Shown: piece after piece, positions 50,295-60,849 of the stretch
Layout of the letters: the number at the start of each line of letters is the position of its first letter
Numbering within the stretch: the stretch's first letter is position 1
From: an uncultured Gammaproteobacteria bacterium
Lineage (GTDB): Bacteria > Patescibacteriota > Patescibacteriia > UBA1558 > 2-01-FULL-52-15
Direction of reading: 5' to 3'
Assembly (NCBI GenBank): GCA_964422585.1
Contig: CAYRBH010000002.1
Span: forward strand, 13,428-77,427
DNA length: 64,000 nt
The notes under the pieces: generated by a model
Database searches by the model: none
Told to the model about the DNA's origin: nothing
The model's input: the letters and a program-made list of their open reading frames with translations, nothing else
Translations under genes and position numbers: made by a program

Positions 50295-51572
50295 ATGAGC
50301 CGCAATGTCATGGTCGTCGGCAGCGGCGGCCGTGAAGGGTCGCTGTTGCATAAGTTGAGCGGATCGCCGCACAAGAAGAAGCTGTTCTGCTCACCCGGGA
50401 TCGGTAATGCGCATGAGATGGGCGTTTTGAATACCGGCATCGCCCAGGACGATATCCTTGGGATCGTCGCATTCGCGAAGAAGCATCACATCGAGCTCAC
50501 GGTCCCTGGTCCGGATGTGGTGTTCGCCGCGGGGATCGCGGACGCATTTCGCGCGGCCAAGCTCCGGATTGTCGGGCCTACTCAGGCGGCCGCGCGCGTC
50601 GAATCCTCGAAGGTGTTCGCCAAGCGCCAGATGCAACGTCTGGGCATACCTACGGCGGCCTTCGAGGTTGCCTATTCGATGAGTGAGGCGCTCGACATTC
50701 TGGGTCGACGCTCATTCCCGTGCGTGATCAAGCTGGATCGCCTCGCTCGAGGTACCGGCGCTACGCCCGTGCATTCCTATTCGGCGGGCATCGCAGTTCT
50801 CTCAGGGTACTATCAGAAGAACCCGAGAGAGGCCATCCTGATCGAAGATTTCCTCGTGGGGCATGAGGTGTCTACCCATGCGCTCTGCAGTGGAAATCGA
50901 GTCCTCATGTTTCAGGGGGCACGTGATTACAAAACGCTCAACGGCAGGAATACCGGCGGTATGGGTGCCTACTCTCCGGTACCCGACATCGACGATGCCT
51001 TCTTGGCGCAGGTCAGGCAGGTCGCTATCGATCCGCTACTTCGGATGCTCGCGAAAGCTGGCACTCCATTCGATGGTTGTTTGTACCCGGGACTCATGGT
51101 AACTGCCGAAGGGATCATGGTGATCGAGTACAACTGTCGCTTCGGCGACCCTGAGGCGCAGGTGTTCATGCGCAGACTTGGAAATGAGAGCGATCTTTTG
51201 CTACTTCTCGAGTCATGCGCTGACGACAACCTGGACACCACTCCATTGCACTGGAACGCTGAACCTGCCGTGTGCGTGGTGCTGGCTTCGGCGGGCTACG
51301 GCGTGCCGGGTGCTCTCTGCCCGTCCTCAGAGTATCCGTCGATGCCGATCAGTGGCTTGCGAGAAGCCATGAAGGTGCCTGGCGTGGAGATATTTCACGC
51401 GGGTACCCGACTCGAGAAGGGTGTGTACTGGACCAATGGTGGTCGCGTGCTGAACGTCACTGCAGTCGGCGCAACACTTGCCGAAGCCCGTGCGCGCGCC
51501 TACGCCGCGGTTGCCTTGATTCACTTCGACGGTATGCAGTACCGTCTGGACATCGGCGAGGTAGCAGCATAA
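50295..51572 (+). CDS. purD: Phosphoribosylamine--glycine ligase
   Basis: N-terminal VVGSGGREGSL motif and an ATP-grasp body. 425 aa. Confidence 0.85.
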   Translation: MSRNVMVVGSGGREGSLLHKLSGSPHKKKLFCSPGIGNAHEMGVLNTGIAQDDILGIVAFAKKHHIELTVPGPDVVFAAGIADAFRAAKLRIVGPTQAAARVESSKVFAKRQMQRLGIPTAAFEVAYSMSEALDILGRRSFPCVIKLDRLARGTGATPVHSYSAGIAVLSGYYQKNPREAILIEDFLVGHEVSTHALCSGNRVLMFQGARDYKTLNGRNTGGMGAYSPVPDIDDAFLAQVRQVAIDPLLRMLAKAGTPFDGCLYPGLMVTAEGIMVIEYNCRFGDPEAQVFMRRLGNESDLLLLLESCADDNLDTTPLHWNAEPAVCVVLASAGYGVPGALCPSSEYPSMPISGLREAMKVPGVEIFHAGTRLEKGVYWTNGGRVLNVTAVGATLAEARARAYAAVALIHFDGMQYRLDIGEVAA

Positions 51573-51597
51573 CCACGCTGACAGAGAGGAGATAGTC

Positions 51598-51927
51598 ATG
51601 CTAGGAGATCCAAGTGGTAATCTGAACGCAGATGATTCAGCAGAGCCAACCATTGCTCAACGTGAGCTCAACTACGTTGAGTACTTTTTCCCTGAAGCAG
51701 AAGAAGCTGAAGGGGAATCTACTGACAAGCTTCGGTGTGGCGAGGCTCAGGTAACGGAGACGACGGATCCTGCAGCGATGCAGTTTCCTGAGGGAGCGGT
51801 CGCTCTTCGTTTCTATCGGGCAGCCGAAGTTCGTCATCTGCTCAACGGCAGTTGGAAGTTAGCTAGCGCTAAGCGCGTCTGGGAGTCGCCTATGATTCCC
51901 ATCACGCGAACACGCTTCAAGAGGTAA
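51598..51927 (+). CDS. Hypothetical protein
   Basis: 109 aa with an acidic N-terminal half. No recognisable motif. Confidence 0.3.
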   Translation: MLGDPSGNLNADDSAEPTIAQRELNYVEYFFPEAEEAEGESTDKLRCGEAQVTETTDPAAMQFPEGAVALRFYRAAEVRHLLNGSWKLASAKRVWESPMIPITRTRFKR

Positions 51928-52142
51928 GGACGCCCCATCGGGTTTGCTGAGCATAGGCTCGGCCGACTCGGTGGGGTTTTGAATCGTCTTGTTTTTTATA
52001 GTACATCATCTAGTATGCAGATAGACGAGTCAGACCAGGAGGCCTGGCTTGTATGTTCTTCGAAAACTGAGTGAATTGATAATTTTCTTTGGCCGAACAA
52101 CATCGTCGCGACTACTAGGTCGCACTAAAGGAGACAGATAGC

Positions 52143-52919
52143 ATGCTGGCAAAGCACCGGATTATCGTGGCATTGGATGTTGACAACCCGAAGCGAGCGA
52201 CCTCGCTCATCAAATCTCTGGCGTCGCATGTGGGCTACTTCAAGATCGGCCGTGAGATGCAGGCCGCATTCGGCCTTCCGCAAGCGATCGATTTCGTTCA
52301 CGCTGCCGGCGGCGACATCTTCCTGGATGGTAAGGAGAATGACATCCCGAACACGGTCGCAGCGACAGTGCGGGTCATCGCGCAGAAGAGGGTCGCGATG
52401 CTCAATGTTCATTGTTTGGGCGGCGAGGAGATGATGCGCGCGGCTGCGCAAGCAGCGCGCGAGGTTGCACAGGAGACTGGAAGTCACTCCTTGGTTCTCG
52501 GTGTCACGCTTCTGACGAGTCAGGATTACGGCACCTTGCAGCGCCTGGGCTTCGTCGACTCGCTGGATCGGATGCAGGGCCCGCAACAGCGGCAGGAGAT
52601 AGCGGAGGTCAAGCTCAGCGCCATCGTGAACCATCTGGCAGTTCTTGCCAAAGACTGCGGGCTCAACGGGGTGATTTGTTCTCCGAAGGAAACAGAGATG
52701 GTGCGCGGCAGTTGCGGCGATGACTTCTGCATCGTGAATCCGGGTATCAGACCCGCAGGCACTTCGCTCGACGATCAGAAGCGGGTTGGCACGCCGGCTA
52801 TGGCTATCAAAGCGGGAGCAACGCATCTGGTGATCGGACGACCCATCACCGGAGCAGCGGATCCTGTTGCGGCAGCGATCGCCATCGCTGCCGAGATTGA
52901 AGCAGCGCAGGCTGTCTGA
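52143..52919 (+). CDS. pyrF: Orotidine 5'-phosphate decarboxylase
   Basis: IVALD N-terminal motif and catalytic D-x-K-x-x-D-IPNT (FLDGKENDIPNT). 258 aa. Confidence 0.85.
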   Translation: MLAKHRIIVALDVDNPKRATSLIKSLASHVGYFKIGREMQAAFGLPQAIDFVHAAGGDIFLDGKENDIPNTVAATVRVIAQKRVAMLNVHCLGGEEMMRAAAQAAREVAQETGSHSLVLGVTLLTSQDYGTLQRLGFVDSLDRMQGPQQRQEIAEVKLSAIVNHLAVLAKDCGLNGVICSPKETEMVRGSCGDDFCIVNPGIRPAGTSLDDQKRVGTPAMAIKAGATHLVIGRPITGAADPVAAAIAIAAEIEAAQAV

Positions 52920-52965
52920 ATCCGTGCTTCCCACACCAATACTTTTTCTGCCCTAAGGAGGGACC

Positions 52966-53736
52966 ATGACCATTCGTCGTGACATTCCGCCACACATCGA
53001 CCCGATCGAACTCTGGAAAGCGGCCGGTGGCTTCTACCAGTGCCCGAAAGACGCTGATGGTAAGCGCCTCGGCCCGCTCGTCGGTTACGCGGGGACTTAC
53101 CAGGACGATCTTGACTTGAACAAGCACTATGTCGGCGAAGTATACTTCAACTTCGCCGCGGTCGAACAGTACCCTCGGCCATTGCGTCGTTTCGCTCAAC
53201 TTCTGATGCTGCAATTGGAGCAGGAGGGGGACATCTCTGTCTTTCTCGGCGCTCCGATGGGTGGCATCGGCCTTGCGTTCGCGCTTGGTGACTTCTTCGA
53301 AGACGTTCGTGTCGTCTTCGCAGAGAAGAAAGTTCTTGCTCCGGGATCGGAGCGAGAGCAATCTTCGCTCGTCATCGCGCGGCATGAACTCGATCCCGAC
53401 GATCGAGTCGTCATCATCGAAGATGTCTGTAACAACTTCTCCACGACTGAGCAGCTAATCAACCTCGTTCAGGCCTCCGGCGCCACCGTTTGCGCCATCG
53501 GCTGCGCCTTGAATCGTTCGGAGATGAGTTGCTACCATCCGCCCTCGGCGCCTCTGGGCGATCATCTGCCCGTTCGATCCGTCATCCACATTCCTTCGCC
53601 GCAGTTCAGGCAGAAGGATCTCGAGGTCTGGGAAGACGTCAGGGATGGCAACATCGTGTGGAAGCCGAAGGTCGACTGGGAACGACTCATGACAGCGATG
53701 AACGCATCGGGTCAGGAGACTCCCCATGGCAAGTAG
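52966..53736 (+). CDS. Phosphoribosyltransferase-fold protein, possible divergent orotate phosphoribosyltransferase
   Basis: PRPP-binding-like motif DRVVIIEDVCNNFSTT. Adjacent to pyrF. Confidence 0.45.
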   Translation: MTIRRDIPPHIDPIELWKAAGGFYQCPKDADGKRLGPLVGYAGTYQDDLDLNKHYVGEVYFNFAAVEQYPRPLRRFAQLLMLQLEQEGDISVFLGAPMGGIGLAFALGDFFEDVRVVFAEKKVLAPGSEREQSSLVIARHELDPDDRVVIIEDVCNNFSTTEQLINLVQASGATVCAIGCALNRSEMSCYHPPSAPLGDHLPVRSVIHIPSPQFRQKDLEVWEDVRDGNIVWKPKVDWERLMTAMNASGQETPHGK

Positions 53737-54083
53737 CCGAAATGCCCGCCGGCGTCGAAGACGCGCGCGTAAGGGCGGTCAGTACTTCAAGCAAGGCCGC
53801 AAAGTCAAAGCCTGCTATCATAACTACTGGCCGCACTCCGGTCGCCGCTGAGCGAGCGCGGCCGCTCATTCACTCATAACAAACCGCAGAATAGGAGGCT
53901 GCGGAGGAGGCAAAGGTTAGCTATGGCTAACCTTTTTGCTTTTGCTGAGTAGGTTGAAATTTTCTGGTACTTGACTTTTTAAAGTAGATTATGTATAGTA
54001 GGTGTTTAGTTTGTTCTGCTCGCATAGTGCGAGTAGGGCGCGGGTTCATTTAATGTTTCCTTTCAAGGCATAGGAGAAGAAAC

Positions 54084-54608
54084 GTGTATTACTGCGTCGT
54101 TTTGAGTCGCCCTGATAGTCGCGGTCACCTCAAGGAAGCCTTGGCTGCTAAACTTCGTCGCAAGGACGAGCGTCTGCACACCAATCTCACTGACGCTTAC
54201 GACGAGTTCGGCATCGCGATGAGCGAGATCTCGTTTTTTGCGAACAACCAGGAGGTCTGTATGATCGCCGGTGAGCGTCTGCTCGACGGCGGTTCCGGCA
54301 CGGCCTTCGCTCAGCGTTTCAAGGCGAAGTACCCGAAAGGGATCTTCATCCTTTTCACGCAGTTCAGCCTGGACGGCATCGACACGGACAATCCTCTGAT
54401 CGACGCCGTGATCGCCCAGCATCCCGGCGGAAACAATCCGTTCGAGACGCTCGCCGAAATTCTGGTCACGCATCTGCACTTCATCGATGTGCATTCCCTG
54501 AAGCGAGAGCACCCCGCGCTGCTGCTTCGTCACGAAGTGCGGGTGCTGCAGGAGCGCAAGAAGGCCGAGTATCGTTTCTCGCGAGTTGCGGTGGAAAGAC
54601 GGTCGTAA
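54084..54608 (+). CDS. Hypothetical protein
   Basis: 174 aa. Preceded by a TTGACT-17-TATAGT-like promoter in an AT-rich spacer and followed by a hairpin and T-run. Confidence 0.35.
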   Translation: MYYCVVLSRPDSRGHLKEALAAKLRRKDERLHTNLTDAYDEFGIAMSEISFFANNQEVCMIAGERLLDGGSGTAFAQRFKAKYPKGIFILFTQFSLDGIDTDNPLIDAVIAQHPGGNNPFETLAEILVTHLHFIDVHSLKREHPALLLRHEVRVLQERKKAEYRFSRVAVERRS

Positions 54609-55120
54609 GGCCTGCCTTGAACGAAAACAGTTGCCTGCCGTGCGTAGTGTGCACGGTGGGCGTTTTTGTTTGCAGAAAAATATTGAACTGTGAGCGAGTC
54701 TTTGTTAGGATACTTAGGTCAGTAAGTACCTTGAGAGAAAAATAAGCCGTCGAAGTGTCTCGTTGATATGAAAAAAAGAATATTCTTTGGTGGAATAGTC
54801 TGAGTGAATGAGTATGCCGTCCGCAGCAGTCGACAGCTTAAGAAAAAGTGACTAACAGTTCTCACGGGATGGTTCGTCTTCAGTGGATGCTTCCTGGGTC
54901 TCGGCTCGGAATATGCTACTGTTGGATAAACCAAAAATCCCCGAAGGGACTTTTGGCGAAAAGCGATTTCGATGCCGTACATTTGGTGGAACGGCATCAC
55001 CGATATAGTACCACTGCAGTTTTTGAATTGTCAACTACTACAACGGGTGATCGCTTGTGCGATCATTTTTTTGCTAATTAGTGGCGATGTCATGGGTGAC
55101 GATCCGTGGCAGCGCTGTAA

Positions 55121-55549
55121 TTGAATAGTGATATGGATGTGAATAAAGTCACGCTCATTGGGCGTCTGACAAAAAAGCCCCAGCTTCGGGAAACCGCTTC
55201 TGGGCAGAAGGTCGCGAGTTTCAGTGTCGCGACCAACTATATGTGGAGGGATTATAAGACGAAGGAGAAGCATGATACAACCCAGTTCCATCGGGTTATT
55301 GTCTGGGGCAAGCTCGCGGATATTGCCTCGACCTACCTTGATAAGGCCTCACGTGTCTATCTGGAAGGCAGGCTCCAGTATCGTGAGTGGCAGGATACAG
55401 AAGGTAAGAAGCGTTATGGTACCGATGTCATCGCTGATGAGCTCATCATGCTCGGGCATAACGGCAGTTCAAAGAAATCTTCCTCATCAGAAGCAGCGTT
55501 TGTGAAAGAAGGTCCTGGTGAAAAGGAGTTAGTGGTCGAGGAAGTTTAA
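55121..55549 (+). CDS. ssb: Single-stranded DNA-binding protein
   Basis: OB-fold N-terminus (VNKVTLIGRLTKKPQLRETASGQKVASFSVAT) and an acidic/Gly-poor C-terminal tail. Confidence 0.8.
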   Translation: MNSDMDVNKVTLIGRLTKKPQLRETASGQKVASFSVATNYMWRDYKTKEKHDTTQFHRVIVWGKLADIASTYLDKASRVYLEGRLQYREWQDTEGKKRYGTDVIADELIMLGHNGSSKKSSSSEAAFVKEGPGEKELVVEEV

Positions 55550-55625
55550 TGTGAACCAACGTGGAGCGATGCGGTTTTAAACAATGCCCTGTTTCCGTGT
55601 CGCTCCACATGGTTGTACTAGTACT

Positions 55626-56480
55626 ATGCGCTTTAACTTTTTTTCAAAATACATCATTGCATCTGGTTGGTATATCGTGATCAGCTTACTACTGCCATTA
55701 CTGGCGGCGGCTCAGACTCTTTCGACGACGCCCACCTCGACAGACACTATGCAGCATCGAGCTAAGAAGAGCACCATCAATGTGCCGCCTTCTCAGACAG
55801 TGCGGGGCATTGTCATCGTACCCCCGCATACATTGTATAAGCAGAAAGCATATATACAAGTTGGCAGCGATGAAATCATCGAACTGTATAGTGCGAAAGG
55901 AACATTCCCGAAAATGTCATTCGGAAGTTCGGTCGAAGCAACAGGTATTCTCTCCTCTGACTATGATCCATCTCGCTTGAAGATCGTTTCAAAAGCGAAT
56001 ATACAAACCCTTGCATCCGGCGCGATGCCGAGCAGTACTCAGATGAGCGTATCTGAGATAAGTCCGGATAACGCTTTTTCATTGATTCAAGTCGAAGGTC
56101 AGATAACCCACTATGCTCAGAAGTCATTGCTCATGGCTCAAGGTGATGCTCAAGTGGCTATTCGCCTGATGCAGAGCGGTAAGCTATTTCCCAAAAGCAT
56201 GGCCAAAGGCTCGCGCATTCGAGTCAGCGGCTTTTTGAAGTATGAAGCGAATGATCCGGTGCTGTATGCGCCCGATCTTAAACATATTGCGGTCCTCGCA
56301 AAAGCGCCTGCTGCGGTAGGAGCTTCTACGCTGCCAACAACTACGCCGCCGGAGCGGGTGATCCAGGGCGTGGTTAGTAGTACTCCCACAGGAGCGCAAT
56401 GGTATGTAGTCGCAGCTATACCGATACTCCTCATCCTTGGTTTTGCAGTAAAGAAATATGTAGGACCGAGGCTGGGGTAA
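55626..56480 (+). CDS. Secreted hypothetical protein with Thr/Pro-rich linker and C-terminal TM anchor
   Basis: Signal peptide begins at the internal Met (MRFNFFSKYIIASGWYIVISLLLPLLAAAQT). The track ORF starts at 55584. Confidence 0.4.
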   Translation: MRFNFFSKYIIASGWYIVISLLLPLLAAAQTLSTTPTSTDTMQHRAKKSTINVPPSQTVRGIVIVPPHTLYKQKAYIQVGSDEIIELYSAKGTFPKMSFGSSVEATGILSSDYDPSRLKIVSKANIQTLASGAMPSSTQMSVSEISPDNAFSLIQVEGQITHYAQKSLLMAQGDAQVAIRLMQSGKLFPKSMAKGSRIRVSGFLKYEANDPVLYAPDLKHIAVLAKAPAAVGASTLPTTTPPERVIQGVVSSTPTGAQWYVVAAIPILLILGFAVKKYVGPRLG

Positions 56481-56544
56481 GGTTCTCATAGTGAGACGCG
56501 GATGAAAGTTTGACGTGCTTTCATTTTTTTTATACAGTTAGTGC

Positions 56545-57576
56545 ATGCAAAAAAAACAATCCATTGAATTACTTATTCGGCGCCTCGATAAATCGCAAGT
56601 GGGACTTTCAGTCGCGCTATTGAAAGAACAGATACTGCAGGCACATCGCGACTTTCCTAAAAAAACGAGTCTTCCAAAACGTCGCTGGAATGCAGTCGTT
56701 GTCTGCGCTATGGGTGGCTCGGCTTTAGGAGCGGATGTGCTACGATCACTCTATAAACATTATCTCAAAGTTCCTTTCGTCATTGTGAACGGATACTCGC
56801 TCCCTCACTTTGCTGATAAAAACACCCTGGTACTATTATGTAGCTATTCAGGTACTACTGAGGAAATCATTTCTTGCCTTTCGGAAGCTCGTGAACGAAA
56901 ATTGCCTTCCTTTGTGATCGCCGAAGGTGGAGCGCTTAGTACCGCTGCAAAGAAATTCCGCATACCGCACTTTACTTTTCATCCTGATAATAATCCTTCC
57001 AAGCAGCCGCGCATCGGTACCGGGTATACTATGACGGCAATGTATGAGGTGCTGAAGAAAGAAGGCTTGTTAGCAGCGAGCGCGCCGGATCTGATCGCCG
57101 CGACCAAGCACATGACGATCGATACCGCAGTACCATTTCGTTTCGCGGAAGAACTCCTCGGACAGTCATTTGTGATTATTGCCGCAGAGCACCTAGTTGG
57201 CAATGCTCATGTTATAAGTAATCAGCTAAATGAAACTGCCAAAGCATTCGCGCCCGCCTTTTTCTTGTCAGAATTGAATCATCATCTACTTGAAGGTTTA
57301 GGCAGTTTGAGAGAAGCCCGAAAACACTGGACATTCCTGTTTCTTGAGTCAAAGGAATATACGCCTCGTACGCGGAAGCGACTTGCTATTACTCGTCAGG
57401 TAATAGAGAAGCAAGGTTTCAACACTAAAACTATTTCATTCAATGGATCTCGTGTGGCGCAGTGTTTGAAGATGTTGTCATTCAGTGGATTTTTTACCTT
57501 TTACTCTGGTATTCTCGCGAAAAAAAATCCAGCTGCAATTCCGTGGGTTGATTATTTCAAGAAGCGTTTAGCATAA
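56545..57576 (+). CDS. SIS-domain sugar isomerase, bifunctional phosphoglucose/phosphomannose isomerase-like
   Basis: SIS motif VVVCAMGGSALGADVL. 343 aa. Confidence 0.55.
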   Translation: MQKKQSIELLIRRLDKSQVGLSVALLKEQILQAHRDFPKKTSLPKRRWNAVVVCAMGGSALGADVLRSLYKHYLKVPFVIVNGYSLPHFADKNTLVLLCSYSGTTEEIISCLSEARERKLPSFVIAEGGALSTAAKKFRIPHFTFHPDNNPSKQPRIGTGYTMTAMYEVLKKEGLLAASAPDLIAATKHMTIDTAVPFRFAEELLGQSFVIIAAEHLVGNAHVISNQLNETAKAFAPAFFLSELNHHLLEGLGSLREARKHWTFLFLESKEYTPRTRKRLAITRQVIEKQGFNTKTISFNGSRVAQCLKMLSFSGFFTFYSGILAKKNPAAIPWVDYFKKRLA

Positions 57577-57579
57577 ACT

Positions 57580-59178
57580 ATGGGTGAACTCTGGCGAGCG
57601 ATACGGGCGAGGAGGCTCGACTACCTTTTTTTATTCGTCGGATTTTTCGCGATAGCAGTATATATTCAATACAATCAGGTGATGGGCGATCCAGACGGCT
57701 TCTATCATGCCGCGATGGCGCAATTTCTTTCACGCGGGGTGATCTTGAAGGATATGCCCTGGATGCAGGCAACGACTCTGCGGATGTATTTTACGGATCA
57801 TCATTTGCTCTACCATGCATTGCTCATACCGTTCGTCATACTCGGCAATCCGCTCTTAGGGGTAAAGCTCGCGACCGCTGCGTTCGGAGCCGCCTTTTTC
57901 GTCACACTCTATGGGACCTTGCGCAGGTTACGTTTCGCCGGTCCGCTGCTCGCGACACTGACGCTATTCTTCTCAAGCGGGTTCCTCTTTCGCCTGAGTC
58001 TGGTTAAAGCGAACAGTGTTTCGCTGATACTACTCTTGTGTATTTTGATATGCTTATTCGAACGGCGTTGGTGGCTGCTTGCCATGCTCAATACTATATT
58101 CGTGTGGCTCTACGGTGGATGGATCGTGGCGTGGGTCGCTGCCTTTGTCTATAGCTTCGTCGCCTTTTGGTATTGGGTATTCTTAGCCCGAGGTTTCAGG
58201 CGTCATCGCTTCTTGAGTAGATTGCGGGGATTGCGCCGCATACCGATGCTGAAGCCAGTGCTCGCTACGGTCGGGGGGTCTTTGGTCGGCCTGATAGTGA
58301 ATCCGTATTGGCCGCACAATGTGCGGTTCTACTGGCAGCAAATTTGGCAGATAGCTATCGTTAATCAAGGAAGTGTGGTGAATGTCGGTGGTGAGTGGAG
58401 CAGTCTCTCGCCATATGAATTCGTAAATAACTTAGGACTGACGGCCATTGCTGGCGCGCTACTCTGTACCTTGATCATACTTGAGGTGCGACGTATTACA
58501 TTTCGTACCTGGGTACTGTTCGCTCTCACGCTCTTGTTCTCGGTGTTCATGTATAAGTCGCGTCGCTACATAGAGCTTGCGGCGCCTTCGATGATCATTG
58601 CGGCATCTTCCGCATGGGCCGACGTGTTCCAGTATCATATCTTCGAACACCTGTGGCGATCCTGGCATATGCATCGCCGAATGAAGCAGAATCTCACTAT
58701 CGTTGCCTTAGTTGTCATAGCCATGCTCGTCGCCCTGCCGCGAGCTGGACTATGGGGTCGTATCGAACAAGTACGCGCTGAGGTTGCGCAAGGTATCCCA
58801 TTGCATCAGTATCAGAAGGTATCCAACTGGTTGGCGCAGAACACGTTGCCGGAAACAATCGTGCTGCAGAGTGACTGGGATGATTGGCCGATGCTTTTCT
58901 ACTATAATCAGAGGAACTATTATCTCGTAGGGCTTGATCCGACATTCATGTATAACTATAGCCCGAAGCTCTATGCGGAATGGGCTGATCTTACCGCGAA
59001 TGGCAGCACTGATAATTTGGTACAAGTAGTAGACCAGGATTTTCACGCCCGCTATGTACTGGTTGATAAAGACCATGCTGCATTTCAGAAAACAGTAGCC
59101 TCGAACATTTATTTCAGGCTCGTGTATGAGGATGATGAGGTGTGGCTCTATCGATACACACCAGCACAAGCGCTCTAG
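57580..59178 (+). CDS. Large polytopic membrane protein (possible GT-C-like)
   Basis: 532 aa, more than 10 TM segments, loop-1 DPDGFYH motif. Confidence 0.45.
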   Translation: MGELWRAIRARRLDYLFLFVGFFAIAVYIQYNQVMGDPDGFYHAAMAQFLSRGVILKDMPWMQATTLRMYFTDHHLLYHALLIPFVILGNPLLGVKLATAAFGAAFFVTLYGTLRRLRFAGPLLATLTLFFSSGFLFRLSLVKANSVSLILLLCILICLFERRWWLLAMLNTIFVWLYGGWIVAWVAAFVYSFVAFWYWVFLARGFRRHRFLSRLRGLRRIPMLKPVLATVGGSLVGLIVNPYWPHNVRFYWQQIWQIAIVNQGSVVNVGGEWSSLSPYEFVNNLGLTAIAGALLCTLIILEVRRITFRTWVLFALTLLFSVFMYKSRRYIELAAPSMIIAASSAWADVFQYHIFEHLWRSWHMHRRMKQNLTIVALVVIAMLVALPRAGLWGRIEQVRAEVAQGIPLHQYQKVSNWLAQNTLPETIVLQSDWDDWPMLFYYNQRNYYLVGLDPTFMYNYSPKLYAEWADLTANGSTDNLVQVVDQDFHARYVLVDKDHAAFQKTVASNIYFRLVYEDDEVWLYRYTPAQAL

Positions 59179-59226
59179 CGTCAATGATAGTCTATGATGG
59201 CAGAGCTGTGATAGAATACTTTCAGT

Positions 59227-60849
59227 ATGGAGACACGAAAGCAACGATGGTTCATCGGCATTGGAGTGCTTTTTCTGCTTGCGACGAATATCGTTTTTGT
59301 ACGTTTGTATCTTGAAACGCCGCCAGGGCATCAGTATACTGGCGCCGGCCTGGAAGCGGTCGCTGATAAGTTCGTATACTATTCGATGATACAGCAGGGA
59401 GCGGAAGGCAGACTCTTCATGCAGAATGTGCACACGTCCGAACCGCAGCTCGGCCTACTCTTCTCGCCGCACTGGTATCTTATCGGCATGACTTCGCGAC
59501 TTCTCGATATGCCGATACCGCTCGCCTATCATCTCTATCGTTGGATAGCGACAGTTGGTTTTTTATTGCTGCTCTATAGCTTTATCCGAAAACTGTTCGC
59601 TCACACAGGGGATCAGATCGGAGCTTTCGCCCTGGTCCTTTTCAGCTCAGGCCTTGGCTGGTTGTATTTCATAGCTCACCCTGAGATTGCCGACAGCTCT
59701 GTGCATTGGTTGCAGCATTTTAATCAAACACCGATAGATCTGTATGTGACAGAGTTCAGCGCCTTCACGAATACGCTGCAGTCGCCGCTATTCATACTCT
59801 CACACCTGTTGATACTTGCAGTGTGGCTCTTGTTTTTACGAGAACGGAGGTCGTTCAAGTCGAGTGTGGCGCTCATGTGCATCGTTGCCCTCTTCGGTGC
59901 GATGCATCCCTATGATCTACCGCTGCTTATCATTGTTACTACCGCTCTAGCTCTGAGCGAAGTGTTCCAACAAGACGTCGCGAGTATTGTTATTCGCCTC
60001 TGGCCACTCGTGACGGGCGCGGCACTAGCATGCATCTACCACGGCATCAGCCTTATTCGAGAGCCCGCATTATCTGGCTGGCTATCTCAGAATATCGCCT
60101 TTTCGCCTTCCATCAGTAATTATCTATGGGGTATTGGTATGACTGGACCGCTCGCGCTGCTCGGTGTTTGGTACTTGGTGCGTAACCGAGCCTTGGACGA
60201 CCAATATTGGCGCTTAGTCTTGTTTTGGGCGCTCGCGATACTGCTATTGATCTATGAGCCGACATCCATCAATCGGCGTTTCGCGAATACCTTGTTGATA
60301 CCCTTGGGTCTCCTTAGCTGGTATGGGCTTACGCATTTGCTGCGTGCAGTAAAACCCTTTGCTCTACGCGCCGCGGTTGGTATTTTCTGTGCTATGCTGC
60401 TTTCTTCAGGAGTGCTGTATCAGATCGCTGAGCAGCTGTTCTATCAGCCCACCTTGAGTGAGAAGTATAACTACTATCTCGATCCGTATATAACCGATGC
60501 CTTGACGCAGCTGCACAACCAGCTGACCTATCAGGATGTGCTCTTGCCGAGCACTAGTTTTATTGGCATACTCTCAGCTGCATATGCGCCGACGAGGCTC
60601 TTCGTCGGGCACGCGCATCAGACGGTACAGTATGAGCTGAAGAAGAATGAGATGGATTGGTTCTTTGCCGAACCTCAGACATCAGTAGCCTTTACGAATC
60701 GTAGGGATTTTCTCATTCACAACAAGATCACCAGCATTATAATCTATAAACCTAGTATGACAGCCTCGTATGATTGGCTGGATACACTGCCAGGAGTACA
60801 GCGCGTCTATGATTCGGTCGCTGTCAGAATTTTTAAGGTACGTTCATGA
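59227..60849 (+). CDS. Large polytopic membrane protein, tandem paralog A
   Basis: 540 aa. Shares long colinear motifs with the next gene (YTGA..ADK.VY..MIQQG.EG.LFM.NVHT..PQ; MDWFF.EP.TS). Confidence 0.45.
   Translation: METRKQRWFIGIGVLFLLATNIVFVRLYLETPPGHQYTGAGLEAVADKFVYYSMIQQGAEGRLFMQNVHTSEPQLGLLFSPHWYLIGMTSRLLDMPIPLAYHLYRWIATVGFLLLLYSFIRKLFAHTGDQIGAFALVLFSSGLGWLYFIAHPEIADSSVHWLQHFNQTPIDLYVTEFSAFTNTLQSPLFILSHLLILAVWLLFLRERRSFKSSVALMCIVALFGAMHPYDLPLLIIVTTALALSEVFQQDVASIVIRLWPLVTGAALACIYHGISLIREPALSGWLSQNIAFSPSISNYLWGIGMTGPLALLGVWYLVRNRALDDQYWRLVLFWALAILLLIYEPTSINRRFANTLLIPLGLLSWYGLTHLLRAVKPFALRAAVGIFCAMLLSSGVLYQIAEQLFYQPTLSEKYNYYLDPYITDALTQLHNQLTYQDVLLPSTSFIGILSAAYAPTRLFVGHAHQTVQYELKKNEMDWFFAEPQTSVAFTNRRDFLIHNKITSIIIYKPSMTASYDWLDTLPGVQRVYDSVAVRIFKVRS

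Noticed and set aside
53737-53880. 43-codon Arg-rich micro-ORF (MASSRNARRRRRRARKGG...) overlapping the PRTase stop
   Set aside because: Too short with no RBS. A different frame of the same region gives the 129-aa track ORF, so the frame is ambiguous and a GC-rich 3' region easily yields Arg-rich frames.
54720-55075. Possible ncRNA (tmRNA or RNase P-like) in the ~500-bp spacer before ssb, ending at a TGATCGC...GCGATCA plus T7 terminator
   Set aside because: No tRNA-like 3' end, tag-peptide frame, or RNase P P4 consensus could be found by eye. Only isolated hairpins were seen (for example GATGCCGT...ACGGCATC), so no RNA call is made from sequence alone.
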